A DNA stretch of 64,000 bases from Eledone cirrhosa (GCA_964016885.1 OZ024742.1:276954001-277018000), one strand, 5' to 3'. Counted from the first letter of the stretch, positions 25,288-44,820 are shown. Made by a program: numbers and translations. The notes: generated by a model not told the origin, from the letters alone.

Positions 25288-27484
25288 ATTCAAGCATGTT
25301 TTACAACGTGAGGACCAGAAACAGGAGGTATTCAAGATTGCGAGGCAGTGTGTCAGAGATAGTTGAGATGTCATTGGAGAGAAGTGTATCCGGAATGATA
25401 AAGGTGAGCTTGCCCTCACAAGTGCTGAGAAGAAAGATGCATGGAAGAGTCATTATGATAGATTACTAAATGAGGAGAATGCATGGGAAGAAGAGACCCT
25501 ACCCCACGTAGACCCTATAGAGGGACCAGCAGTACAAGTCAGCGGCAGCGTAGTAAGTAAGGCAATCAGAGATATGAAGATAGGGAAGGCAACCGGTCCA
25601 TCGGGTATAGCTGCCGAGATGCTGAAGGCATCTGGGTCTGTAGGTCACACTATAACCACACGTATCGTTAACCAGGTAATACTAGAGGGGGCCATACCAA
25701 AAGATTGGTGCAGTAGCATCATTGTCAACTGCTACAAAGGTAAAGGCGATGCACTAGATAGAGGAAACTATAGAGGTATAAAGTTGATGGACCAAGTCAT
25801 GAAAGTAACAGAAAGAGTTATAGCACAGCTGATTAGGGACCGGGTGAATATAGACGAGATGCAATTTGGGTTTGTACCAGGGAAAGGCACCACTGATGCC
25901 CTCTTCCTTGTGAGGCAATTACAGGAAAAGTACCTAGCTAAAAGTAAGCCACTCTACTTGGCATTTGTCGACCTTGAGAAAGCCTTTGACAGAGTTCCAC
26001 GTGCAGTAATCTGGTGGGCTCTTAGAAAACTAGGAGTAGATGAATGGCTTGTGAAAGCGGTACAAGCCATGTATAGGGGAGCAGTCAGCAAAGTTAGGAT
26101 TGGCAATGAGTATAGCGAGGAATTTAGCGTACAGGTTGGGGTCCACCAGGGCTCTGTTCTTAGCCCTCTCCTGTTCATCATAGTCCTGCAGGCAATAACG
26201 GAGGAGTTTAAGACCGGATGCCCATGGGAACTCCTGTATGCTGATGACCTTGCACTCATAGCTGAATCTATGGTAGAACTAGAGAATAAATTCCAAACCT
26301 GGAAGCAGGGACTAGAGAGAAAGGGCCTCAAAGTCAACATGACAAAGACTAAGGTCCTTATAAGTAGACGAGAAAACAGAACCCAGATCCCCTCAGGGAA
26401 ATGGCCTTGCTCAGTATGTTGGAAAGGTGTAGGTAGGAACTCCATTCTCTGCCCCAAATGCAAACAATGGGTACACAAGAGATGTAGCGGGATTTCAGGA
26501 AGCTTAATTAAGAATGTAGCAGCTGTGCTGAAACAGCAAGCAAACAGCCACAGGAAACAAGTACCACCAATCTCTGGGAGGGCCCTGTAGAAACAGTAGA
26601 CAGCTTCTGCTACCTAGGTGACCGAATTAGCAACGGAGGTGGGTGCTCAGAAAGTACAATAACTAGGGTAAGAACGGGATGGAAGAAGTTTAGGGAACTA
26701 CTACCACTGCTAGCTGCAAAAGGCTTCTCCCTCAGAATGAAAGGCAGACTGTATGATGCGTGTATCCGAACAGCGATGTTGCATGGTAGTGAGACCTGGG
26801 CGCTGAAGGTGGAAGACTTACGTAGATTAGAGAGAAACGAAGCCTGCATGCTCCGATGGATGTGTAACAGTAATATACGTGAACGACAAAGCATAAAGGA
26901 ATTGAGAGAGAGACTGAGCATAAGAGGAATCAAATGCTGCGTGCAAGAGAGGCGGTTACGCTGGTATGGACATGTGATGCGTATGAAGGATGACAGCTGC
27001 ATAAAAAGGTGCAGAGCACTAGAAGTTGATGGAAACCGCGGAGTGGGGAGACCCAAGATGACTTGGGATGAGGTGATAAAAGCCGACCTTACCCAACTAC
27101 ACCTCTCAAAGTCAATGACACACGACCGTGACTTCTGGCGTCACGCAGTAATACAGGGTACCCGACCTCCCATGGGTACATGCTGAAGCATATAAACAAT
27201 ATGCCCCCCCACCGCAAGGTGGTCGTGGAGGTGCCACGGCAAAAAAGCACCCAGGCCACACTGTAAAGTGGACGTGTAGGCGCCACGAAAAAGCACCCAG
27301 CACTCACTGTAAATGAGGTTGGTGTTAGGAAGGGCATCCAGCTGTAGAAATCAAGCCAGATCAGTTCCTGTATGAGCAAGGCATGGTCAGCCGACCAGAC
27401 ACTGCCCACAACAGGACAACCCGTCTAACCCATGCTAGCGTGGAAGAACGGACGTAAAACGGTGATGATGATGATGATGATGAT
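25288..27484 (+). mobile_element. 5'-truncated RTE LINE, subfamily B (RT domain, one stop, one frameshifting deletion)
   Basis: [54 protein letters not shown]; TGA at ~25364; deletion at ~26520; ORF end 27186; 3'UTR and (GAT)n tail. Confidence 0.95.
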
Positions 27485-27487
27485 ATA

Positions 27488-31188
<3,701 letters not shown>

Positions 31189-31224
31189 CATATATATATG
31201 TATATATATATACATATATATATG

Positions 31225-31258
<34 letters not shown>

Positions 31259-31288
31259 AATATATATATATGTATATATATATATATG

Positions 31289-31381
<93 letters not shown>

Positions 31382-31382
31382 G

Positions 31383-31508
<126 letters not shown>

Positions 31509-31712
31509 CATATATATATGTATATATATACATATATATATGTATATATATACATATATATATGTATATATATACATATATATATGTATATATATACATA
31601 TATATATGTATGTATATATATACATATATATATGTATATATATATATACATATATATATGTATATATATATATACATATATATATGTATATATATATATA
31701 CATATATATATG

Positions 31713-31839
<127 letters not shown>

Positions 31840-31918
31840 GTATATATATATATATGTGTATATATATAGATATAGATAGGTAAATATACACGGGTGTGTA
31901 TGATTGTGTATAGAAGAT

Positions 31919-32190
31919 TATATTAATAAGAGGAATTCCAACTTTGTCTGATTTACTCGTTTTATTTACAATCCTTTAAAATATATATAATATGGTATTA
32001 TAATGAAATAGTATGATAGAATATTAAATTCTAAGTGTTAATTGAACAAGTACCTTCATGCTTTCAATTAACACTTAGAATTTAATATTCTATCATACTA
32101 TTTCATTATAATACCATATTATATATATTTTAAAGGATTGTAAATAAAACGAGTAAATCAGACAAAGTTGGAATTCCTCTTATTAATATA
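31919..32190. repeat. Perfect inverted repeat (128-bp arms, 16-nt spacer)
   Basis: 31919-32046 is the exact reverse complement of 32063-32190; spacer CAAGTACCTTCATGCT. Confidence 0.92.
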
Positions 32191-32204
32191 TATATATATA
32201 TATA

Positions 32205-32249
<45 letters not shown>

Positions 32250-32300
32250 GTGTATATATATATATGTGTATATATATATATATGTGTATATATATATATA

Positions 32301-32347
<47 letters not shown>

Positions 32348-32402
32348 GTGTATATATATATATGTGTATATATATATATATATGTGTATATATATATATA
32401 TA

Positions 32403-32445
<43 letters not shown>

Positions 32446-32466
32446 ATATATATATATATATATGTG

Positions 32467-32497
<31 letters not shown>

Positions 32498-32532
32498 GTG
32501 TATATATATATATATGTGTATATATATATATA

Positions 32533-32664
<132 letters not shown>

Positions 32665-32804
32665 TATGTGTGTATATATATATATATATATGTGTGTATA
32701 CATATATATATATATATGTGTATATATATATATATATGTGTGTGTGTATATATATATATATATATGTGTGTATATATATATATATGTGTGTATATATATA
32801 TATA

Positions 32805-32837
<33 letters not shown>

Positions 32838-32884
32838 GTGTATATATATATATATATATATGTGTATATATATATATATATGTG

Positions 32885-32920
<36 letters not shown>

Positions 32921-32986
32921 TATGTGTATATATATATATATGTGTATATATATATATGTGTATATATATATATATGTGTATATATA

Positions 32987-33019
<33 letters not shown>

Positions 33020-33030
33020 GTGTATATATA

Positions 33031-33082
<52 letters not shown>

Positions 33083-33412
33083 TATGTGTATATATACACA
33101 TATATATATATATAGATGTGTGTGTATATATATATAGATGTGTGTGTATATATATAGATGTGTGTGTATATATATATAGATGTGTGTGTGTATATATATA
33201 TAGATGTGTGTGTATATATATATATATATGTGTGTGTATATATATATATATATGTGTGTATATATATATATATATATGTGTGTATATATATATATATATA
33301 GTGTGTGTATATATATATATATATGTGTGTATATATATATATATATATGTGTGTATATATATTTATATATATATGTGTTTATATATATATGTGTATATAT
33401 ATATATATATAT

Positions 33413-33470
33413 ACCCCCGTCCAAACCCATGCAAGCGTGGAACACGGACGTTAACGTTGATGATGATGAT
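33413..33470 (+). mobile_element. Solo ~57-bp RTE subfamily C 3' terminus
   Basis: CCCCCGTCCAAACCCATGCAAGCGTGGAACACGGACGTTAACGTTGATGATGAT matches 29086-29149 apart from one A; embedded in (TA)n. Confidence 0.9.
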
Positions 33471-33733
33471 ATATATATATATACACATATGTGTATGTGT
33501 ATATATATATATGTGCTATGTGTATATATATATGTGTATGTGTATATATATATATGTGTATGTGTATATATATATATGTGTATGTGTATATATATATATT
33601 GTATATATATATATGTGTATATATATATATGTGTATATATATATATATATATATGTGTATGTGTATATATATATATGTGTATGTGTATATATATATATGT
33701 GTATGTGTATATATATATATATATGTGTATGTG

Positions 33734-33794
<61 letters not shown>

Positions 33795-33863
33795 GTGTAT
33801 ATATCTATATATCTATATGTGTATATATATATATATATCTATATGTGTATATATATATATATA

Positions 33864-33904
<41 letters not shown>

Positions 33905-33971
33905 GTATATATATATATATGTATATATATGTATATATATATATGTATATATATATATATGTATATATATG

Positions 33972-34002
<31 letters not shown>

Positions 34003-34053
34003 GTATATATATGTATATATATATATGTATATATATATATATGTATATATATG

Positions 34054-34084
<31 letters not shown>

Positions 34085-34131
34085 GTATATATATGTATAT
34101 ATATGTATATATATATATATGTATATATATG

Positions 34132-34242
<111 letters not shown>

Positions 34243-34271
34243 GTATATATATATACATATATATATATATG

Positions 34272-34302
<31 letters not shown>

Positions 34303-34319
34303 GTATATATGTATATATG

Positions 34320-34368
<49 letters not shown>

Positions 34369-34379
34369 GTATATATATG

Positions 34380-34412
<33 letters not shown>

Positions 34413-34413
34413 G

Positions 34414-34462
<49 letters not shown>

Positions 34463-34463
34463 G

Positions 34464-34528
<65 letters not shown>

Positions 34529-34529
34529 G

Positions 34530-34564
<35 letters not shown>

Positions 34565-34605
34565 GTATATATATATGTATATATATATATATATGTATAT
34601 ATATG

Positions 34606-34636
<31 letters not shown>

Positions 34637-34895
34637 GTATATATATATGTATATATATATATATGTATATATATATGTATATATATATATATGTATATAT
34701 ATGTATATATATATATATGTATATATATGTATATATATATATATATGTATATATATGTATATATATGTCTATGTATATATATGTATATATATGTATATAT
34801 ATGTATATATATATATATGTATATATATGTATATATATGTATATATATATATATGTATATATATGTATATATATGTCTATGTATATATATGTATA

Positions 34896-34938
<43 letters not shown>

Positions 34939-35304
34939 TTATATATATATATATGTATATATATGCATATATATATATGTATATATGTATATATATGTAT
35001 ATGTATATATATGTATATATATGTATATATATGTATATATATGTATATATATGTATATGTATATATATGTATATATATATATGTATATATATGTATATGT
35101 ATATATGTGTATATAATATATATGTATATATATGTATATATTATATATGTATATATATGTATAATATATATATGTATATATATGTATATAATATATGTAT
35201 ATATATATGTATATATATGTATATATATATATATGTATATATATGTATATATATATATATGTATATATGTATATATTATGTATATATATATATGTATATA
35301 TATG

Positions 35305-35339
<35 letters not shown>

Positions 35340-35545
35340 TATATGTATATATATGTATATATATATGTATATATATGTATATATATATATATGTATATAT
35401 ATGTATATATATGTATATATATGTATATATATATATATGTATATATATGTATATATATGTATATATATATATATGTATATATATGTATATATATATATAT
35501 GTATATATATGTATATATATGTATATATATATATGTATATATATG

Positions 35546-35576
<31 letters not shown>

Positions 35577-35615
35577 GTATATATATGTATATGTATATAT
35601 ATATGTATATATATG

Positions 35616-35714
<99 letters not shown>

Positions 35715-35981
35715 TGTATATATATGTATATATATGTATATATATGTATATTGTATATATATGTATATATGTATATATATGTATATGTATATATAGTATT
35801 ATATATATATATGTATATATATATATGTATATATATGTATATATATATATATGTATATATATGTATATATATATATATGTATATATATGTATATATATAT
35901 ATATGTATATATATGTATATATATGTATATATGTATATGTATATATATGTATATATATATATATGTATATATATGTATATA

Positions 35982-36028
<47 letters not shown>

Positions 36029-36267
36029 GTATATATATGTATATATATATATGTATATATATGTATATGTATATATATGTATATATATATATATGTATAT
36101 ATATGTATATATATATATATGTATATATATGTATATATATATATATATATGTATATATATGTATATATGTATATATATGTATATAGTATATATATGTATA
36201 TATATATATATGTAAATGTATATTATAATATATATGTATATATATATATATATATGATATATATATG

Positions 36268-36309
<42 letters not shown>

Positions 36310-36334
36310 TGTATAGATATATATTATATATATG

Positions 36335-36367
<33 letters not shown>

Positions 36368-36446
36368 GTATATATATATATGTATATATATATGTATATA
36401 TATATATATATGTATATATATTATATATGTATATATATTATATATG

Positions 36447-36477
<31 letters not shown>

Positions 36478-36535
36478 GTATATATATATGTATATATATA
36501 TGTATATATTATATATATATATATATATACATACG

Positions 36536-36627
<92 letters not shown>

Positions 36628-36723
36628 GTATATATATGTATATATATATATATGTATATATATGTATATATATGATATATATGTATATATATGTATTATA
36701 TGTATATATATGTATATATTATG

Positions 36724-36884
<161 letters not shown>

Positions 36885-36885
36885 G

Positions 36886-36932
<47 letters not shown>

Positions 36933-36975
36933 GTATATATATATATGTATATATATATATATGTATATATATATG

Positions 36976-37060
<85 letters not shown>

Positions 37061-37062
37061 TG

Positions 37063-37143
<81 letters not shown>

Positions 37144-37162
37144 GTATATATATGTATATGTA

Positions 37163-37235
<73 letters not shown>

Positions 37236-37248
37236 GTATATATATATG

Positions 37249-37323
<75 letters not shown>

Positions 37324-37337
37324 GTATATATATTATG

Positions 37338-37432
<95 letters not shown>

Positions 37433-37625
37433 TATATATATATGTATATATGTATATATGTTATATATATATATGTATATATGTATATATATATATATAT
37501 GTATATATGTATATATATTATATATGTATATATGTATATAATATATATATATATATGTATATATATATATGTATATATATATATGTATATATATATATGT
37601 ATATATATGTATATGTATATATATG

Positions 37626-37656
<31 letters not shown>

Positions 37657-37670
37657 GTATATGTATATAT

Positions 37671-37705
<35 letters not shown>

Positions 37706-37712
37706 GTATATG

Positions 37713-37743
<31 letters not shown>

Positions 37744-37939
37744 GTATATATGTATATATGTATATATATGTATATATATGTATATATATGTATATATATG
37801 TATGTATATGTATATATGTATATATGTATATATATATATGTATGTATATATATATATATGTATATATATATATAATGTATATATATATATGTATGTATAT
37901 ATATATATGTATATATATATATATGTATGTATATATATG

Positions 37940-38139
37940 NNNNNNNNNNNNNNNNNNNNNNNNNNNNNNNNNNNNNNNNNNNNNNNNNNNNNNNNNNNNN
38001 NNNNNNNNNNNNNNNNNNNNNNNNNNNNNNNNNNNNNNNNNNNNNNNNNNNNNNNNNNNNNNNNNNNNNNNNNNNNNNNNNNNNNNNNNNNNNNNNNNNN
38101 NNNNNNNNNNNNNNNNNNNNNNNNNNNNNNNNNNNNNNN
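37940..38139. other. Assembly gap (200 N)
   Basis: Run of N. Confidence 0.99.
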
Positions 38140-38690
38140 AAGGAATGTTGTTTATCATGAAGTTATCTTATGAGATATTGTTCAATGAATATATTATTCA
38201 GTAGAAGAGGAAACTAAGTATTTTAAATAAATGTTATTGTTCAACACATCATGGGTGGCAGAGCACATGACCAAACCAATGGAAGTTCCTTTTGAGAAGG
38301 AGTTGTTAGAGGGAATTGATTCAGTAACAATGACGAATTTTGGAGTTTGGCACAAAATCCAATGTGCAAACAGGGACAAAAACTTCCTTGAAGATGGCAG
38401 AATGCAGTACATGCACTGTTGATGTGGACATCACATCTTTAATTTGGCCTATGGTAGTGAAAGTGGTGCCAAGACACTTGAATTGATTGACTCCTTCCAG
38501 AATCTTGCCATTAAGTATGATGGGGGTTCCCCTTTTAGAAGGTGAGATGCTAAGAGACACTATCTTCATATTGGTTGCATTGATGTGAAAGGTGTCCATG
38601 GAAGAGAAAGACATAGGGATTTGGAGCAGACCAGATATGTAACACATAAACATTGATGTATTCAACAGATGATTAAACATCAACAATTTG
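38140..38690 (-). mobile_element. Highly degraded LINE RT C-terminal fragment
   Basis: HINATNMKIV..PIILNGKILEGVNQFKCLGTTFT resembles the post-RT 'LE.V..FKYLG' motif. Confidence 0.55.
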
Positions 38691-38876
38691 CAAATGTAAA
38701 AATTTACAAATTAATTGCACCTATGATTAGCACTGCTCTTCCATCGAAGTCTGAATTTAGGACTTGACTGTGTCATATTTCCCCGACAAATAAATCATGT
38801 TAATTTTCTCTGAAGCCTTCCCTAATTATTTACAACAGAATATAAAGAACCCCACATTGTGAGTGAGATGTTTCAA

Positions 38877-39069
38877 CAAGGCAGAATTAACCATGAAGCA
38901 AAATAAGTACATGTTTACGGTATTAAGGAAGAGGGGCAACATTTTATATAAATTAATTGTATTTGTTATTCCCCACTGCCAATATTTTTGTGTGCAGAGA
39001 TTATGTATATGGAGATAACCATAATCATTTGTGTGCTTAGGGCCTCAAAAGGACTTAAATCTTGCCTTG
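38877..39069. mobile_element. hAT-like MITE
   Basis: Ends CAAGGCAGAATTAA / TTAAATCTTGCCTTG; 8-bp flanks TGTTTCAA / TGTGTCAA. Confidence 0.6.
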
Positions 39070-39144
39070 TGTGTCAATTGTCTCAACCAACTGGTACAAA
39101 AAGAAAGATGATTTAAAGAGAAAGATATTAAACCTTATACATAC

Positions 39145-39282
39145 CTTGAAAAAATTGTCCACTTACAAAATTCTTTGCTGCTGAAGCAATTGCAAGCCAC
39201 AATGCAGTGTCAGCTCCTTGTTGAGGGGTACGGAGACGATCCTTCATTTTGGAATAGAAGCCTGGCATAGCAGTTTCAACTC
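39145..39282 (-). CDS. DHRS12: DHRS12-like SDR exon (6th visible)
   Basis: (G)VETAMPGFYSKMKDRLRTPQQGADTALWLAIASAAKNFVSGQFFQ; CAG acceptor and GTATGT donor; phase matches the preceding exon. Confidence 0.92.
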
Positions 39283-39321
39283 CTGTCAAAGTGATACATA
39301 ATATTTCATTTTAATCTTATA

Positions 39322-39530
39322 ATAATGGTTTCAGATTTAGGCACAAGGTCAGCAATCTTTGGGGACGGGAAAGTCAATTAAATGACCCCAATGTGTTACT
39401 GGTACTTTATTTTACCAACCCTGTAAGGATGAAAGGCAAAGCTAACCATGGAAGGATTTGAACTCTGGTTTCTCACATTAATAGAAGGTCACAAATCTCA
39501 GTGGAATTTAAACTCTAGAATATTTAGTTA
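39322..39530 (-). mobile_element. tRNA-derived SINE, partial (further degenerate copies ~40815-40975, 41330-41525)
   Basis: Core GGTACTTTATTTT..CCCTGTAAGGATGAAAGGCAAAG and reverse B-box GGATTTGAACTC. Confidence 0.75.
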
Positions 39531-39838
39531 TATCTGATTACATTTAATCTAATGCTTTAGCACCTCTTCTGTCACCTTACTATCTCATTCTCTTGCTCTC
39601 TATCATCATTACAATTTTCATTATTATCGTCAATGTCATCATCATCATCATCACCACCACCACCATCTTCATCAAAACCACTAACATCATCATCATCATC
39701 CTGTTCACCATCCTCATCATAATCATCACAATTACCACATTACACTCATCATATTTATCATTGTGTTATCAGATATATAAATCAAAACTACAAAACAAAA
39801 AAAAAAAACGAAATACAATCACAAAAAACAACACTTAC

Positions 39839-40034
39839 CAGGTGTGTCAGCCCATCCAGGGTGCATGGAACAGAAGTAGATGTTGGGGTATTTTCTTGCA
39901 TATTGTTCACACATAATCACCTGTTGTCTTTTATTGTGTGCATAAGCCATGGTCCCATCATATGGATTGTTGTCATTCTGGAGGTCAGTGACATTTAGTT
40001 TCTGAACCAACATACCACCAGAACTGACCATAAT
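39839..40034 (-). CDS. DHRS12: DHRS12-like SDR exon with catalytic Ser and YxxxK
   Basis: IMVSSGGMLVQKLNVTDLQNDNNPYDGTMAYAHNKRQQVIMCEQYARKYPNIYFCSMHPGWADTP; CAG/GTAAGT; 196 nt. Confidence 0.95.
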
Positions 40035-40104
40035 CTGCAGAAAAAAGGAATCAAACATAGGGAGATATTTCAAAAATACTCAGTATTCACAGTAAACATA
40101 TAAT

Positions 40105-40790
40105 CATCATTATCATGATTTAATGTCCATTTTCCATGCTAGTAGGGGTAGGGCGGGCTGTCCCTTTGTGAGAGATCAAGTCGGAGGACCATGTTTTACT
40201 AACACAGAACTGATTTTGGCTTGGTTTCTATGACTGGATGCCTTTCCAATATATGCCAATATATCCTCATAAATTTTTTAACATCTATTTTTCCATGCTG
40301 GCATGGGATGGATAGGTCTGCATCTGCAGTACTAGATATCACCACTTGTTTAAGCTCTTAGTCATCTCTTTTGTGAAGCCAAATGATGAATATCGGGTCT
40401 TCCCCAAATCCCCATGTCTTTCTCTTCCATGGACACCTTTCACTGTCAGCAATTTTCCACACTGAATTCATAGTCTAGTCCATTACATATCCATACCAAA
40501 CTAACCCAACTGCATCTTGTGCACAAACTTCAGATGTTTCCCTTAATGCACCATTGCTCTTTCTTAGCTTACTTAAGCTCAAACCCTCATGGAGACCAAC
40601 GTTACACTTTCAACAGATAACAATTACATTTTTCCCCTTCTCCAGTATCCTCAGGTCTAACACATTCATTGCTTTGACTCACTACCATGCAATATTACAC
40701 TTCTTATGTAGGTTTCATATAATCTGCATTTGAAATGAAGAGAAATCTCGTTGCTAACAGAGGCAACAATTTCTTGAACTCTCACATGAA
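40105..40790 (-). mobile_element. Degenerate RTE 3' fragments
   Basis: Two terminal stem-loop motifs (CCATGCT(A/G)G.A.GGG) and ORF2 remnants (YETY..SVILHGSE) on the minus strand. Confidence 0.6.
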
Positions 40791-41682
40791 TTAAGTTCAG
40801 TATATACAGGAAAATAATGATTTCTACTTTAGCTATAAGTCCAACAATTTAAGGGAAGGGATAAGTCAATTAAATCACCCGTAGTACTTCACTAGTACTT
40901 TATTTTTTCGACTCCTGAAGTATGAAAGGTGAAGTTGACCTAAGCTGGATTTGAATTCAATATATACAGAAACATAATAATAAAGATGTGCATGCCTGCT
41001 ACTTTTCCCACCCTAAATACAGTAAATTAAGGCATTCAAAATATTATTGTTATTAAAAAAAGCCATTCAATATTCTTACATTAAAACCAAACATTTATTT
41101 CTAACATCACACCACAATAATAAGCAATCATTTTAAGGACATTTTCAGTGCTAAGCTCTGGACTCCCATGAAAAGGCTTAATACTCAACATGGAGTGCTT
41201 TTTTAGTCAATGTTTTATGACTGGATGCTCTTGCTGTTACCAACTCTTTTAGATGCCACTTACAACATGCAGGGATACAGGGTACCTATTCTAAACTGGA
41301 GACACACAGTAAATTTCTAACATAACATTAGAATATAAAATTTAAGAGATGAATATAGTCAATTCACTTAACCCTTCTTAGTATATGACTAAAACTAATC
41401 CTTCTAAGACTGAAAGGATGAAAGACAAAGTTGGCCTCTAGCAGGATTTTAACTCTGAACATAAAGAAACATAACTAAATATTGAAAGGTATTTTGTCTG
41501 AAGTTATACCAATATTGTACACTTTCCTTTCCACCTATAGAAAGAGCCTATTGGCAGTCACTATCTCAAATATATACAATAATTCAATCGAAATGGCCAG
41601 ACTAATTTGCATAATCTACATTCATTTAGTAACATAATTAAATTATAAAAATTGATGTCGTCCAAAATAAATTTATTTCCTA

Positions 41683-42440
41683 GGACATTCTGACCACATG
41701 TGCTTAGTATCAGAGCTGTGATCTTTCAATTTGGAGAAGTAGCAGCTCTATCTGAAGCGACTCTCTGATCTCTGAGTTATGCGTAATATGATTGAGTAAC
41801 GTTTCTCAAAAGACCCTTTGGAGGAACCCCATTTCAGCTGCTTGTATTCACAATTGTATTCTTTTGTTCATTATTCAAGATTCCTGAGCATAAGTAAGGG
41901 TTGGCAAGAATGCCAAATTGAAGATAGTAAATTCAGATTTTACACCACCTACTTTCTTCTGATGACCAAATGCTGAAGTATGGGATCGATGGATAGCTTC
42001 TTGTTGCCCTGATGTCTCTATATGAACCCCCTAACATTTGTGTTTGGATAAAAGTTGAAACCATTCAATGTGGGTGTTTGACTCCATCAAGGATGTGTAC
42101 CATCCCCTCTCCTATTCATAATCTTCGTGAACAAGATTGACGTGTGCAGCATGGTTGGAAATGGTATCAAGACTGGTGGGTGTAGGATCAGTCAGCTGAT
42201 ATTTGCAGATGACATAGTACTACTTAACTCGTTGGAAAGTGATCGACTGATATACTGCTGAGAGATATATGGCAAGAATGAAAATCAGTGCTGTGAAGAC
42301 TGAAACACTTGTCCTCTCAAGAAAGCCTGCACAGTGAGTAGAGGTTCCACTGAAGCAGATGGAGAAGTTCAAGTATCTCAGAGCCATGTTCATGAGTGAT
42401 GGAAGGCAGGAGGCTGAATTAAGTGCAGTATCACAACTTC
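41683..42440 (-). mobile_element. RTE-like LINE with inverted 5' segment (41683-41978 on -, 41990-42440 on +)
   Basis: Plus: QGCVPSPLLFIIF, LIFADDIVLL, EKFKYLRAMF..ELSAVSQL; the minus segment continues the element from that point (compare 13105-13410). Confidence 0.75.
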
Positions 42441-43179
42441 ACAAAAGAAATTTCACAAGGTACTATCCAGTGAAACCATACCACAAAATTGGCACTGCAA
42501 AGCAGGAAATTCAATATATTATTAACATTTTATCCACCAGAAGCTACTTCTCAAATATTAGAATGCCTAACATTGATTTGGTGTTAATCAAAATATTTCT
42601 CAAAATATCCTCTAACATTAGCAAAATTTCATTCTGATTTGGTTTTATTTGTAATATATATATATATTTTAACATTACATTTGCCAGCATCTTCTGGTCA
42701 ATTGCCAAATCTATATATCAACAAATTTAGATTAAACTTTGCATTACTACTTATTTGCTTTTGCTTGCTTTTTGCATTATTACATTAACATTTTTAAAAT
42801 AACATCTTAGAAGTGAGTTGGGTGGCTTTATAAATATTAGGGTATTTGCACAAAGAATAACTTTTTGTTTGTTTTACATTCATTTATCAGTGTTAACATA
42901 GATGGAGATCTAGTTTTTGAGAAATTGATTATATACAAAGATAATCTTTTTCTACTGTTAACCAGTAACTGAAAAATATCACTGTTATTATTAAATCTTA
43001 ACTCCCTGTAATAATTTAGTAGAAAATATCTAATGACAAATTTGTTAATATATACGTTTATAGTATCTTTACAAGGGGACAGATTGTTGTGAAAATTTGC
43101 AGTAAACTAAATTAAAGGTTTTAATTTTGAATGCAGTCATAGTGTTCTTTCATACTCCTAACAGGCAGGAAAAAAAGCC

Positions 43180-44820
43180 CACCCTATCATTAAAGGTGGA
43201 TTCTAAGAGGCACACAAAAAGAACGAGGTTGACAATTTCAAGAGTCTACTGTTGAAGTCACTCTTCCAAGTGTTGTGATCTCACTTCCTTTGAACATCTC
43301 AACTGATGACTTCTCTTTGAGTGAGATAAATTGTGTCCTCAAATCCCTTCAAAACAAGTAGTCTCCAGGTCTTGATGATATACCCAGTTTGATTTTGAAG
43401 GATCCCAACTTAGCTTCAGTTTGTTTATCAACCTGCAATGAAACATGCAATAATCTTTCTCCACCCACAAGTTGGCTCAAAGCTAACATAATTCCAATTT
43501 CAAAGAAAGGAAACCTTTCATTACCCCAAATCTACTGTGAAAGCTCAATGATACCTATTGTTGTTAAAGTGTACAACAAGCTCATTCTAAACTGTGTTGT
43601 AACTTTGGTTAACCCAATTCTTCCCAACAACCAGATTGATTTTAGATGTGGAAGGTCCACTCTTTACACAGATTCTAGCACTAAATAGGATTATTGAGGA
43701 GATTAGAAAATCAAACGGAGAAATGGCTCTCGTTTTTGTCAATTTTAAAAAGGCTTTTGACAGCATAAACAGAGATATTCTCTTTGAAATTCTCCCACTG
43801 TATGACATACCTGCCAAGATTGTGGAAAGGATCAAGGTCCATTATAAGAACACTAGTGCCACTATCATCACACCTGACGGCCTGACCAACTTCTTTAAAT
43901 CTTTGCAGGAGTGTTGAAAAGTGACACACTTGCCCCATTCCTATTTGTCATTGTTTTAGAATATGCCATAAGACTCTTGTTGGACACAATCAATGACAAA
44001 GGCATTACCATCAAACCTCAAAGGAGTTCCAGACACCCCTCAACTCATTTTACAGATCTTGACTTTGCTGATGATATTTCTCTTCTAGCAGACTGCATGA
44101 AGAATGCCAAACATCTCTTTATTTCATTTCAAGAAGCAGCTGCCTTCATTGGCCTTCACCTTAATGAAGGTATGACAGAATATGTCTCTAACTCTTCATC
44201 TGAATTCATCCTCAAAGCTGAAGATGGCAGTACAATCAAAAAGGTTAAAGACTTTAAGTTCCTCGGGTCGTGGATCATTGATTCTGGGAAAGACTTTACC
44301 ACCAGAAAGCCCCAAGCATGGTGAGCTTGAAACAAGTTAGACCATATTTGACTCTCCAGTCTTCCTAACTCCTCCACAATCAGGCTCTTCCAAGCCACAA
44401 TCCAGCCAATTCTACTCTATGGTAGTGAGACTTGGATACTCTCACCCAAGTAACATGGACGTCTTGACGGAGCTTATACATCACTTCTCAGACACTCTCA
44501 AAACATAAGCTGGAGCAAACACAAGACTCTCTGAGATACATATATAATGGTCTGCTGTATATAACTGATGTTGTATATAGAAGGAGGATGAGGTTTGCTG
44601 CTCATTGTCATCGGGCCTCAAATGAAGCCGTGTCCTCATTGGTGCTTTGGAAACCTGCACCTGTCTCAAGACAAAGGGGTTGCAGCAAGCTCTCATATCC
44701 AGATGTCATCACCAAGGATGTTGGTGTTCACATTCAGGACCTAGCTACTTCAATGAGTGACAGACCCATATATAGGTCTATAGTGGAGTCTATTTCAGCC
44801 AAGGCTGCAGGATGATGATG
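43180..44820 (+). mobile_element. 5'-truncated, degraded RTE-clade LINE (distinct family, no PHD insert)
   Basis: KANIIPISKKG, FVNFKKAFDSI, DTLAPFLFVIV, DLDFADDISLL, VKDFKFLGSWI, LLYGSETW, RMRFAAHCHR; GATGATGAT tail at ~44811. Confidence 0.9.
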
